NCBI GenBank assembly: GCA_025928935.1
Contig: JAICNB010000006.1
Span: 1,381-65,380 of the forward strand
Length of the DNA stretch: 64,000 nucleotides
Source of the DNA: Acidimicrobiia bacterium
GTDB lineage: Bacteria; Actinomycetota; Acidimicrobiia; Spongiisociales; ZC4RG35
Direction: 5' to 3'
Shown here: in pieces, positions 47,855-59,099 of the stretch
How positions within the stretch are numbered: position 1 is the stretch's first letter
Layout: every line of letters begins with the position of its first letter
Translations under genes and position numbers: made by a program
Notes under the pieces: model-generated
What the model saw: the letters and a program-made list of their open reading frames with translations, nothing else
What the model was told of the DNA's origin: nothing
The model's database searches: none

Positions 47855-48340
47855 ATGATGGCCAAAGAACAAGTGGAAGAGTTGACCGAGGACCTCGAGG
47901 AGGACCTCCAAGACGCGCCCGAGGAAGACGTCGACGAGGACGCCATCTCGGATCTGGACGAGGACCTCGAAGAGGTCGATCTCGATGCCGATTTCGAGGA
48001 AGAGGAGTTCGAGGAGGAGGAGTCCGAAGACGAGGATGAGGATGAGGAGGACTACGACTCCGAGGAGGAGGATGGCGAGTCCCACGACGACGAGACCACC
48101 GAGGCCCTCGAGGAGCTGGAGAGCGAAGAGCTCGAGTTGCTCGACGACGAGGCCGGAGAGGCGATGCTCGTCGACGAGGCGGAGGAGCTTCGGGCCATAC
48201 GGCGGGAGGAGCTCACCATGAACGTCGACGCCCAGCTGCAGAGATCCGATGAGTTCGTGTGCCAGTCCTGTTTCATGGTGAAACGCACCAGCCAGCTGGC
48301 GAATCGCAAGAAGATGTTGTGCATCGACTGTGCCTCCTGA
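47855..48340 (+). CDS. highly acidic protein with C-terminal Cys4 knuckle (DUF4193-like)
   Basis: About 110 aa of D/E-rich low complexity are followed by FVCQSCFMVKRTSQLANRKKMLCIDCA. Confidence 0.7.
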   Translation: MMAKEQVEELTEDLEEDLQDAPEEDVDEDAISDLDEDLEEVDLDADFEEEEFEEEESEDEDEDEEDYDSEEEDGESHDDETTEALEELESEELELLDDEAGEAMLVDEAEELRAIRREELTMNVDAQLQRSDEFVCQSCFMVKRTSQLANRKKMLCIDCAS

Positions 48341-49058
48341 CCGGGTAACGGTCGTCCTCCCCACCTACAACGAGAGGGAGAACCTCTCAGACATCGCCGC
48401 GGCCATCACCGCACACGGCTACCGGTTGCTCGTGGTCGATGATTCCTCACCCGACGGGACCGGTGAGATCGCCGATCGGCTCGCTGGGCAGAACCCCGCG
48501 ATATCGGTGCTGCATCGCACCTCCAAGGAGGGCCTGGGCCCCGCGTACCGGGAGGGTTTCGATCGGGCCCTAGGAGAAGGAGCGGAGACAGTCATCGAGA
48601 TGGATGCCGACTTCTCCCATGATCCCCATGACCTGCCGCGTCTGGTCGAGGCGATCGAACAGGGGGCAGACCTCGCCATCGGGTCCCGGTACGTGCCGGG
48701 GGGCTCCACTCCAGACTGGCCGTGGAGCCGGCGTTTCATCTCCATGGGAGGCAACCTCTACGCCAGGATCTTGCTTGGCCTCTCGATCCGAGATGCCACT
48801 GCAGGATTCCGCGCCTTCCGGGCCGGGGCGCTCCAATCGTTGCCGTATCACCAGGCAGAGGCGTCCGGGTATGGGTTCCAGGTCGAGATGGCGATGCGGG
48901 CTGAGGAAGCCGGTTTGAAGGTGGTCGAGGTGCCCATCACCTTCCGGGATCGCACCAGGGGGACGTCCAAGATGGGGACCGGGATCGTCATCGAGGCAAT
49001 GAGATTGGTCACGGTGTGGGGTGCTCAGCGTCTGACCCGTGGCCGGAGCAAAGGGTGA
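48330..49058 (+). CDS. polyprenol-phosphate mannosyltransferase-like GT2 (Ppm1/Dpm1-like)
   Basis: Motifs VVLPTYNEREN, VVDDSSPDGT, MDADFSHDP and GFRAF. Confidence 0.85.
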   Translation: MPPDRVTVVLPTYNERENLSDIAAAITAHGYRLLVVDDSSPDGTGEIADRLAGQNPAISVLHRTSKEGLGPAYREGFDRALGEGAETVIEMDADFSHDPHDLPRLVEAIEQGADLAIGSRYVPGGSTPDWPWSRRFISMGGNLYARILLGLSIRDATAGFRAFRAGALQSLPYHQAEASGYGFQVEMAMRAEEAGLKVVEVPITFRDRTRGTSKMGTGIVIEAMRLVTVWGAQRLTRGRSKG

Positions 49059-49537
49059 AGATCACGGCGCGACGGGCGGGACAGGAGGACATCCCGGCCC
49101 TCCTCGACCTCTATCGCGGTCTCGAGGAGGAGATGACTGCCCTCCACTCGATGTGGCCTCTCGCCGATGGGCTGGCCGAACCGGTGGAGACCTCTTTCCG
49201 CGCCCTGCTCGGCGATCCGGACAACGTCGTGATCGTCGGCGAGTTGGACGGCTACCCCTTCGGGTTCGTCTGGGCCAGGGTCGAACAGATCTTGCCTCAG
49301 GCCGGGGGAGTCGAGGTGGGTTCGATCAGGCTCATCTATGTGGCACCGGGCGCCAGGGAAGTCTCCCTCGGTGAAGAGATGAGGGACTACACGATGGATC
49401 TGCTTCGGGAGCGTGGCATCTCCAGATTCGATGCCCATGTCCTGCCCGGGCATCGTCTCGCCAAGAACTTCTTCGAAGCGGGAGGGTTCTCGGCCCGCTC
49501 GATCATCATGCACCACGATGACGCCCGTGACCGATGA
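49055..49537 (+). CDS. GNAT family N-acetyltransferase
   Basis: GNAT motif A region (IRLIYVAPGAREVSLGEEM). GTG 49055 overlaps the previous stop (GTGA). Confidence 0.7.
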   Translation: MKITARRAGQEDIPALLDLYRGLEEEMTALHSMWPLADGLAEPVETSFRALLGDPDNVVIVGELDGYPFGFVWARVEQILPQAGGVEVGSIRLIYVAPGAREVSLGEEMRDYTMDLLRERGISRFDAHVLPGHRLAKNFFEAGGFSARSIIMHHDDARDR

Positions 49538-49931
49538 TCCCCCGCTCGTTGGGGTCGGTGTGGTCCTGGTCGATGAAGGCCGGATCCTTCTGGTCAAGCG
49601 CGGCCACGAGCCGTCCAGGGGGTTGTGGGCGGTCCCCGGGGGGAAAGTCGGCAAAGGGGAGACCTTGCGCGAGGCGGCGGCCAGGGAAGCATTCGAGGAG
49701 ACAGGTCTGGCCGTCGAAGTCGGAGAGGTGGTGTGGGCGGGTGAGCACATATCCGACTACGGGCACATCGTCCTCATCGACTTCCTGGCCTCGATCGTCG
49801 GCGGCCGTCTCGCCCCTGGTGACGATGCCGATCGGGCCGAATGGGTGCATTTGGACGAGATGGGCGGGTATCCCCTGACTGCCACCATGCCCGAACTGAT
49901 CGACATCGTCCGTACCCGACTGGGGTCATAA
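49518..49931 (+). CDS. NUDIX hydrolase
   Basis: Nudix box GGKVGKGETLREAAAREAFEETGL. ATG 49518 overlaps the GNAT 3' end by 20 nt. Confidence 0.8.
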   Translation: MTPVTDDPPLVGVGVVLVDEGRILLVKRGHEPSRGLWAVPGGKVGKGETLREAAAREAFEETGLAVEVGEVVWAGEHISDYGHIVLIDFLASIVGGRLAPGDDADRAEWVHLDEMGGYPLTATMPELIDIVRTRLGS

Positions 49932-49941
49932 GCTGCGCCCC

Positions 49942-51270
49942 ATGAGCCCGGGCCCGGTCGAGCTTCTCCAGGAGCTGATCCGCAACCAGTGCGTGAACGA
50001 CGGGTCGCCCGAAAGTGGCAATGAGGCTCGATCGGTGGCCACACTGGTGGACTTCCTCGGCGTCGGGGGTGAGATCGTCGAACCCTCGCCCGGGCGCCAG
50101 TCGCTCGTCTATCGCATTCAAGGGCATGACCCGGCTGCCCCCTCGATCGCCCTCGTGCCCCACCTCGACGTGGTCCCTGCCGACCCTGAAGGCTGGTCCG
50201 TGGACCCCTTCGCCGCCGAGGTCGACGACGGCTTCGTCTTCGGGCGGGGAGCGGTAGACATGCTGAATGTGACCGCCGCAATGACCTTGGCGGTCAAGCC
50301 CTACCTGACCGGGGAGAAGAAGGCTCGAGGTGACCTCGTCTTCGCCGCCGTCGCCGATGAGGAGGCCGGAGGCCGGCTGGGGGCGAGGCACCTGGTGGAA
50401 GACCGCTGGAGCCTGGTGGCGTCCGACTACTTGCTCACCGAAGTGGCGTATCCGGCCTTGACCGTCGCCGGACAGCCGACCGTGCCTGTCTCGGTCGGAG
50501 AGAAGGGGGCCTATTGGTCCGTCCTGGACACGGTGGGTAACCCCCGGCATGGCTCGGTCCCGTACGGGGCGGACAACGCCCTGGAGAAGCTCGTTCTCGC
50601 TCTGGCCGGGATCGTGGAGACCCCATCACCAGCCGCACTCACCCCTGAGTGGCTTGCCTTTCTCCAGCACCTCGGCCTGGAGGAGGCGTCGACGAGGCGT
50701 TTGGCGGATCTGGAGCAACTCGACGACGAGATCGACCGCATCTCGGGTGACGACCCGGCGCTGGCCCGCTACATACATGCCGCCACGCATCTCACCATCT
50801 CGGCGAATGTCGCCAGCGCCGGGACGAAGACAAATATCGTGGCCGATCGCGCCCGGGCTCATATCGACATCCGCGGCCTTCCGGGCATGGACCGCGAGTT
50901 CGTCGACGCTCATCTGCGAAAGGCGATGGGCAGCGCCGCCGGTCATGTGGAGATCACCCCGGTGATGGACAACGACGCCACGGTCTCAGCCGTCGGCAAT
51001 GTCCTGTGGGACGCGATAGCCGATGCGGTCGAGGACCTGGAGGGCCATCGCAGCCTGACACCGACGATGATGACCGCGGCGACCGACGCCCGTTACTGGC
51101 GGGCGAGGGGGACCATTTGCTACGGGGTGGGTCTGTTCGATGAGCGGATGGGGTTCTCCGAGATGCTGTCGCTCTTTCATGGGAACGACGAGCACGTGTC
51201 GACATGGTCGGTGGAGCGGACCGCACAGCTCTACGAGCATGTGCTGGAGCGGTTCTTCTCCGCCCCATGA
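49942..51270 (+). CDS. M20 family metallopeptidase (ArgE/DapE/dipeptidase-like)
   Basis: Motifs HLDVVPA, RGAVDM, ADEEAGG and a C-terminal HGNDEH. Confidence 0.8.
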   Translation: MSPGPVELLQELIRNQCVNDGSPESGNEARSVATLVDFLGVGGEIVEPSPGRQSLVYRIQGHDPAAPSIALVPHLDVVPADPEGWSVDPFAAEVDDGFVFGRGAVDMLNVTAAMTLAVKPYLTGEKKARGDLVFAAVADEEAGGRLGARHLVEDRWSLVASDYLLTEVAYPALTVAGQPTVPVSVGEKGAYWSVLDTVGNPRHGSVPYGADNALEKLVLALAGIVETPSPAALTPEWLAFLQHLGLEEASTRRLADLEQLDDEIDRISGDDPALARYIHAATHLTISANVASAGTKTNIVADRARAHIDIRGLPGMDREFVDAHLRKAMGSAAGHVEITPVMDNDATVSAVGNVLWDAIADAVEDLEGHRSLTPTMMTAATDARYWRARGTICYGVGLFDERMGFSEMLSLFHGNDEHVSTWSVERTAQLYEHVLERFFSAP

Positions 51271-52046
51271 ACGTCATATGTGACATAGATGGTGTCGTAT
51301 ATCGCGGAGACCAACTGGTCCAGGGCTCCGACCTGGCGTTGGGGCGGCTGACACGGGCCGGGATCGGCCTCTGGTTCGCCACCAACAACAGCACCAAGAC
51401 CCCGGAGATGGTCAGCGCTCGCATAACTGAGATGACGGGTGTGGACGTTCCGCCGGAGTCGATCATCACGTCGTCGGAGGCGGCGGTCGGGATGCTCGAA
51501 GACGGCGAATGGCCGGTCATGGTGCTCGGCTCTGAGGGGATCACCAGCGCGCTCGAGCGCGCCGGCATCGAGGTGACAGACGACCCCACGGACGCGCGCG
51601 CCCTGCTGGTCGGCCTCGACTTCGATCTGAGCTATGGCCGTCTGGCCCGAGCCTCAGACGCGGTGAGGGCGGGAGCGAGGTTCATCGCCACCAACACCGA
51701 CCCGACCTACCCGGTGGCGGGTGGTCTCCTGCCAGGTGGTGGTTCGATGGTGGCGGCGGTACAGACCACTACAGGGGTGGGTCCCGAAGTCGCGGGCAAA
51801 CCGCATGCGCCGATGAGAGCGTTGCTCCGCTCCAGGGGCATCGGGGAGGCGTGGGTGATCGGTGACCGGATCGACACCGACGTCGCCCTGGCCCGGGCCG
51901 AGCCCGATTGGCGATCGATACTCGTCTTGAGCGGGGTCACCGGCGATGGACAGGCCTCGGGTGCCGACCACGTGGTGCCGGACCTTTCAGCTGCTGTCGA
52001 CCTCGTGTTGGCCGGGGGACCCACGGTGCCGATCAGCGTGCCGTAG
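51267..52046 (+). CDS. HAD-IIA family hydrolase (NagD-like)
   Basis: Motifs DIDGVVY, ATNNS and GDRIDTD. ATGA overlap with the M20 gene. Confidence 0.8.
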   Translation: MNVICDIDGVVYRGDQLVQGSDLALGRLTRAGIGLWFATNNSTKTPEMVSARITEMTGVDVPPESIITSSEAAVGMLEDGEWPVMVLGSEGITSALERAGIEVTDDPTDARALLVGLDFDLSYGRLARASDAVRAGARFIATNTDPTYPVAGGLLPGGGSMVAAVQTTTGVGPEVAGKPHAPMRALLRSRGIGEAWVIGDRIDTDVALARAEPDWRSILVLSGVTGDGQASGADHVVPDLSAAVDLVLAGGPTVPISVP

Positions 52047-52055
52047 CCTTCGAAC

Positions 52056-54014
52056 ATGGGCGATTTCCTGTTGACTGTCGCCTTCCTGCTGCTCTTCGCG
52101 TGGGTGGCACGAGGTCTGGTGGGCGCTCGCGAGCTGACCTGGAGGCGAACACTCCTCGCCATCGTCGTGGGATTCGTGTTCGGGCAGGCCGTCGCCGTCC
52201 TGATCCTGGTCCGGGACTTCACCGAGGCTCCGGAGATCGACGGGGGACAGGTCCTCGCCCTCTCCCTGCCCTTCGCGTTGATCGGCACCATGGGGGCGAT
52301 AGTCGTCCTGGAGCTCTTGTTCGCCCGGCCCGGCACACGACGCGGACCTCATTTTCCTCATCCGTTCAGGGCGCTCCGTCGTCGAGCCGGCTTGATCCGT
52401 CGTGGCTCCGAGGTGACCCGCATAATCGCTCGCAACGGGCTCGCCCCACTCATGGGCCTGCGCCGGGGTGAGGTCTCGACGCGAAGCCCGGAGGAGCTTG
52501 CCCGCCGGGTGCGCGTCGCTCTCGAGCAATCAGGAGGGGTGTTCATCAAGTTGGGTCAGCTCCTGGCGACCCGACCCGATCTCCTTCCTCCGGCTGCCAT
52601 GGCAGAGCTGGGGCGGCTTCACGCCTCGGCAGCTCCCCTGCCCGAAGCTCAGGTGGCCCAGGTGATTCGGGAGGAGACCGGTCGCGACATAGGCGAGATG
52701 TTCGCCGAGATCGACTGGCAGCCCCTGGGCTCGGCCTCGATCGCCCAGGCACATTCGGCGCGTCTGCACGACGGGCGCGAAGTCGTGGTCAAGGTGAGAC
52801 GACCCGGTCTGAGAGAACAGGTGGAACGAGATCTGGCCATCGCTCGGTGGCTGGCGAGGACTGCGGAGCGCCGGACGACCTGGGGGTCCCAATACCAGGT
52901 AACATCCCTCGTCGACGAGTTCGCAGACGTTCTACACGGTGAGCTGGATTTCCACGTCGAGGCTCGTCACGCCATCGAAGCGGGGGCGGCGATCGCCCGT
53001 CAACCTCGGATTGTGGCCCCCGAGATCATCGACTCCCTGACATCCGAGCGAATGCTGGTGATGGAGCGCCTGTCAGGAGTCCCATTGTCATTTGATGGTT
53101 CCGGGATCGAGCCCTGGCGTGGTCGGGTGCTAGCCGATGCCCTCTGCGTCTCCCAGGTCCAGGCCATGCTGAAAGGAGAGAGATTCCATGGCGACCCTCA
53201 CCCGGGCAACATTCTGGTCCTCGAGAGCGGCGACCTCGGTCTGATCGACTTCGGCATCGCGGGGCGTTTGGACACCTTCGAGAGGGCGTCGGTGTTCCAG
53301 ATGTTGGTCGCCATCAAGCTGCAGCAGCCCTCGTTGCTCTACGAGGCCATGGTCTCGATCGGCGCAGTCAGCCCGACCCGGGACCCAGATGAGATCGAAA
53401 GGTCACTCGCCCAGTTTCTCGCCGCGGACGTCGGGTCCGGGCTCCCTTCACCGGACGCCCTAACCGATCTCCTCGCGCTCACGAACAAGCTCCGGCTGAG
53501 TCTTCCCCGGTCGACGACGACGATGTTTCGAGCCCTGGCCACCTTGGCCGGGACGTTGGAGCAACTGTCGCCCGGATACCCGCTGATCGATGTGATTGCC
53601 GATGTCGGAGGTGCCGAGTTTCGGGAGCGAATGCTGCCGGGATCCGTTTCCGAGTTGGTCGAGCAGGAGTGGGCTCAACTTGGCCCCTTGCTGAGTCGCG
53701 CCCCGCGTCACATGGATCGGATCGCGACGCTCCTGGAGCACGGTCGCCTCACCACGCGTCTCAGGCTCTTCACCGACGTGCAGGAGGTCCACGTCCTGGA
53801 GAACCTGGTGAACCGCATCGTGCTGGCGCTTCTCAGTATCGGAGTCGGTCTTGTCTCGGTCTTGCTGCTGCGAACCGAGGGCGGCCCCCGGCTCACCGCG
53901 ATCGGTCTCGATCTGTACGAGGTCCTGGGCTGGATCGGGCTCTCTCTGGCAGTGATCCTCCTGATGAGGGTCTTGCTGGCGGTGCTGCGCGCCGAAGAGC
54001 CCATCCAGACGTGA
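52056..54014 (+). CDS. ABC1/UbiB-family atypical kinase with N- and C-terminal TM helices
   Basis: Motifs FIKLGQLLATRPDLLP, ASIAQAH, VVVKVRRPG and HGDPHPGN. Confidence 0.85.
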   Translation: MGDFLLTVAFLLLFAWVARGLVGARELTWRRTLLAIVVGFVFGQAVAVLILVRDFTEAPEIDGGQVLALSLPFALIGTMGAIVVLELLFARPGTRRGPHFPHPFRALRRRAGLIRRGSEVTRIIARNGLAPLMGLRRGEVSTRSPEELARRVRVALEQSGGVFIKLGQLLATRPDLLPPAAMAELGRLHASAAPLPEAQVAQVIREETGRDIGEMFAEIDWQPLGSASIAQAHSARLHDGREVVVKVRRPGLREQVERDLAIARWLARTAERRTTWGSQYQVTSLVDEFADVLHGELDFHVEARHAIEAGAAIARQPRIVAPEIIDSLTSERMLVMERLSGVPLSFDGSGIEPWRGRVLADALCVSQVQAMLKGERFHGDPHPGNILVLESGDLGLIDFGIAGRLDTFERASVFQMLVAIKLQQPSLLYEAMVSIGAVSPTRDPDEIERSLAQFLAADVGSGLPSPDALTDLLALTNKLRLSLPRSTTTMFRALATLAGTLEQLSPGYPLIDVIADVGGAEFRERMLPGSVSELVEQEWAQLGPLLSRAPRHMDRIATLLEHGRLTTRLRLFTDVQEVHVLENLVNRIVLALLSIGVGLVSVLLLRTEGGPRLTAIGLDLYEVLGWIGLSLAVILLMRVLLAVLRAEEPIQT

Positions 54015-54062
54015 GCGTCGAAGATCTGGTGATCGCCAATCCGATTGGGCGATAATCCGAGG

Positions 54063-54206
54063 ATGGACATCACTCAGGAGCAGGTGGAGAAGCTCGAATC
54101 GGCTCTGGCCCGTCTCGAAGAGCTCGATCCGGCCGAGGTGCCTGAGCCGGCCGCCGAGCTCGCCGAGCTGCTGGGGTCGATACTCGAGGAATCGGAGACG
54201 ACCTGA
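54063..54206 (+). CDS. 47-aa acidic micro-protein upstream of tlyA
   Basis: Manual translation gives MDITQEQVEKLESALARLEELDPAEVPEPAAELAELLGSILEESETT*. It is below the ORF-track cutoff. Its position matches the small conserved ORF upstream of mycobacterial tlyA. Confidence 0.5.
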   Translation: MDITQEQVEKLESALARLEELDPAEVPEPAAELAELLGSILEESETT

Positions 54207-54229
54207 CCAGACGCCGTCTCGACACCGAG

Positions 54230-54970
54230 TTGGTGCGTCGTGACCTGGCCCGGAGCCGTGGCGAAGCACAACGGCTGATCACCGGTTCGAAGGTCCTCGT
54301 GGCCGGGATGCCAACCCCCAAGCCGGCCTCGCTGGTCTCCGCGGACACCCCGATCGAATTGGTGTCGGATGAGAAGCGCTGGGTGTCACGCGGGGCTCAC
54401 AAGATGCTGGCGGCTCTCGACGCCTTCCCGGTGGAGCCGGAAGGCCAGGACGTGCTCGACGTCGGCGCCTCGACGGGCGGGTTCACCGAGGTGATGCTCG
54501 AGCACGGGGCGAGATCGGTCACAGCCCTCGATGTGGGCAGGGCACAATTGCACGAGAGCCTTCGTTCCGACCCACGGGTCATCCCGATGGATCGGACCAA
54601 CTTCCGACTTGTCGAGCCCGGGACGTTGCAGAAGGCACCGTTCCCGATCGTTGTGGCCGATCTCTCATTCATCTCACTGTGCGCCGTGGCGGCGCCACTG
54701 GCGGAGGTGGCGGCCGAGGGCGGCGATCTCATCGTCCTGGTCAAACCACAATTCGAGGCGGGCAGGGGTGAGATCGGAAGCGGTGGGGTGGTCCGACGTC
54801 AGGAGACGAGAGAGCGCGCCGTCAACCGGGTCAGTGAATGCCTGGCGAGGGTAGGGCTCGGTGCCCGCGGGGTCATCCGATCGCCCATCGAAGGCAAGGA
54901 CGGGAACGTCGAGTACCTACTCTGGCTGCGCAAAGGCGAGGACAGACTGGTCCTGGAGGTGCCGGCATGA
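54230..54970 (+). CDS. tlyA: TlyA family rRNA (cytidine-2'-O)-methyltransferase
   Basis: S4-like N-terminus (LVRRDLARSRGEAQRLI) and FtsJ motif VLDVGASTGGFTEV. The true start is probably upstream of the first canonical start codon (see findings). Confidence 0.9.
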   Translation: MVRRDLARSRGEAQRLITGSKVLVAGMPTPKPASLVSADTPIELVSDEKRWVSRGAHKMLAALDAFPVEPEGQDVLDVGASTGGFTEVMLEHGARSVTALDVGRAQLHESLRSDPRVIPMDRTNFRLVEPGTLQKAPFPIVVADLSFISLCAVAAPLAEVAAEGGDLIVLVKPQFEAGRGEIGSGGVVRRQETRERAVNRVSECLARVGLGARGVIRSPIEGKDGNVEYLLWLRKGEDRLVLEVPA

Positions 54971-55743
54971 AGTTCGCACTCGAGGTGCGGCAGGGGCCCG
55001 AGAACGCGTTGGTGTTCTCGGAGAAGCTCCGCGCTTTGATCGCCTCGGTGGGCGGGGAGGTGGTGGAGGAAGGAGACGAGAAGCCCGACCTCGTTGTCGC
55101 GGTCGGCGGAGACGGGACTGTCCTGGCCGCGGCGCAGCGCGCCCTCTCCCACGACGTCCCAGTGCTCGGGTTCAACCTCGGCACCATGGGATTCCTCGCA
55201 GAGGCAGAGCCTGAGGACCTGGAATGGGTGTTGGAGCGTCTGATGCGGGGCGACTACCAGACGTCTGAGCGGATGACCATCAGGGCAACCGTGGCGGGTC
55301 GGACTGCCACGGGAGTGAACGACGTCGTGGTGGAGAAGGTGGAGAGCCAGCGGTTGATCCATCTCGACGTGTCGGTGGACGGAGAGCGCTTCGTCACCTA
55401 CCGGGCCGATGGGCTGATACTCGCCACACCCACCGGGTCCACTGCCTACTCCTTCTCTGCCCGGGGCCCGCTCGTCGACCCGGTGCTCAACGCCATGATC
55501 CTCACGCCGGTGGCGGCACATTCACTGTTCGACCGAACACTGGTGCTCCCGGCAGCCAGCAAGCTCTCGATCGTCGTGCAACGGGACCGTCCGGTAAAGG
55601 TGACGGTGGACAAGATCGACATGGGCCATCTGACCGCGGGTCTCACCGTCGAGATCGAGCAAGGGGAGCGGCCGGTCCGTTTCGTGCGCTTCGGAGGACG
55701 GTCCTTCACCCGATTGGTGAGGGACAAGTTCGGGCTCGACTGA
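54967..55743 (+). CDS. nadK: NAD kinase
   Basis: Motifs GGDGTVL and NDVVV. ATGA overlap with tlyA. tlyA-nadK-recN synteny. Confidence 0.9.
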   Translation: MKFALEVRQGPENALVFSEKLRALIASVGGEVVEEGDEKPDLVVAVGGDGTVLAAAQRALSHDVPVLGFNLGTMGFLAEAEPEDLEWVLERLMRGDYQTSERMTIRATVAGRTATGVNDVVVEKVESQRLIHLDVSVDGERFVTYRADGLILATPTGSTAYSFSARGPLVDPVLNAMILTPVAAHSLFDRTLVLPAASKLSIVVQRDRPVKVTVDKIDMGHLTAGLTVEIEQGERPVRFVRFGGRSFTRLVRDKFGLD

Positions 55744-57335
55744 TGCTCGATCATCTGCGTGTGAGGAACCTCGGTGTCTTGGAGGACGCCGCCATCGTCC
55801 CTGACCGGGGCTTCACGGTCATCACCGGTGAGACCGGCGCAGGCAAGACGATGTTGCTCGGGGCGTTGCGTCTGCTCGGGGGCGAGAAGGCGAAGACCGC
55901 TCACGTCGGGCCGTTTGCCGAGGAAGCGGTGGCGGAAGGCCTACTGGGCGAGGACGACGACGAGGTCGGAGTGACCAGGGTGGTCCCTCGGGACGGGAAG
56001 AGCCGAGCCTATGTGAACGGGAATGTGGTCGCCGCGGCGGCCCTGGAGGAGAAGATCGGCAGACTGGTCGACATCGTCGGCCAGCACGATCGACTGGCGT
56101 TGAGATCGCCCCAGGCGATTCTCGGGATCCTCGACGCAAGGCTGGATCGAAAGGGTCAGGCGGTTCGTGCGTCCTACCACGAGACGTGGGCCCGCTATCG
56201 CGAAGCGCTCACGGATCAGCGCCGTCTGGGTGGGGACAGCATGGCGCTCGAGCGAGAGCTCGACCTCCTCAAATACCAGGCGGGTGAGATCGCCGCCGCG
56301 GGGCTGGCGGAAGGTGACGACCTGCGCATGGAGTCGATGGGGGCCCGGTTGAGGAATGCAGCGGTGATCCGTGAGAACCTGCTTGCCGCATTGGATCTGC
56401 TGGATCGAGTCACCTCCGGCACCGGGGAAGTGGTGTCCATTCTCAGGAAGCTAGGCGGGATCGACCCGGCGTTCACAGAGCAGTCGGAGGTCGCTGATGA
56501 AGTCGATGCTCGGGCCCATGATCTCCATCGCATGATGCGGCTGGTGGCCGAGACCGTCGAGGAGGACCCACAGGCTCTCCTCGAGCTGGAGGAGAGCCTG
56601 ACTCTGCTCGGGGATCTGAAGCGCAAATACGGCCGCACCCTCGATGAGGTGCTCCAGTTCGGGGCGGCAGCCTCGCTGCGTGTCTCGGAGCTGGAGTCGC
56701 TGCTCGCCCAGGCCACGACCATCGGCGAGGTGGTCGCCGGCCTCGAGGCGGACCTGGCCCGCATCGGGGCCGATTTGAGCTCGGCTCGCCGGGCTGCCGC
56801 GATCCGGATCGAAGACGGGGCCAAGGCCCATCTCGCCGAGCTGGGGCTGGCGACTGCCAGGTTGAACATCGAGATCGAGCCTCGGTCTCCGGGCCCGTCG
56901 GGTGCCGATAATGCGACCCTGTCCTTCTCCTCCGACGACCGGCTGGCCCCCGGGCCCATACGGGAAGTCGCCTCGGGCGGCGAGCTGTCGCGACTGATGC
57001 TGGCGCTGCGACTCGCCTCGAAAGCCCCCGGGGGCACGATGGTGTTCGACGAGATCGATGCCGGCGTGGGGGGCATTACTGCCCTCGCGCTGGGACGCAA
57101 GCTCGCCGACCTCGCCGCAGGTACCCAGGTGCTCTGTGTGACCCATCTCCCGCAGGTCGCGGCATACGCCACCACGCACTATGTGGTGGAGCGGGTGGGG
57201 CCACGAGCAGAGGTGCGTCTGGTGGACGGGGAGAGCCGGCTCACCGAGCTTTCACGCATGCTGGCCGGCCTACCCGACAGCGAGAGGGGGCGGGACGCCG
57301 CCGCCGAGCTGCTCGAGGGAGCGCATCGGAGTTGA
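55743..57335 (+). CDS. recN: DNA repair protein RecN
   Basis: Walker A ITGETGAGKTMLLGAL, a coiled-coil middle region, SGGELSR and FDEIDAGVGG. Confidence 0.95.
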   Translation: MLDHLRVRNLGVLEDAAIVPDRGFTVITGETGAGKTMLLGALRLLGGEKAKTAHVGPFAEEAVAEGLLGEDDDEVGVTRVVPRDGKSRAYVNGNVVAAAALEEKIGRLVDIVGQHDRLALRSPQAILGILDARLDRKGQAVRASYHETWARYREALTDQRRLGGDSMALERELDLLKYQAGEIAAAGLAEGDDLRMESMGARLRNAAVIRENLLAALDLLDRVTSGTGEVVSILRKLGGIDPAFTEQSEVADEVDARAHDLHRMMRLVAETVEEDPQALLELEESLTLLGDLKRKYGRTLDEVLQFGAAASLRVSELESLLAQATTIGEVVAGLEADLARIGADLSSARRAAAIRIEDGAKAHLAELGLATARLNIEIEPRSPGPSGADNATLSFSSDDRLAPGPIREVASGGELSRLMLALRLASKAPGGTMVFDEIDAGVGGITALALGRKLADLAAGTQVLCVTHLPQVAAYATTHYVVERVGPRAEVRLVDGESRLTELSRMLAGLPDSERGRDAAAELLEGAHRS

Positions 57336-57377
57336 TTCCGGCACCGAGCGCCATGGGTGCTACATTGGCATCCCGTC

Positions 57378-59099
<1,722 letters not shown>

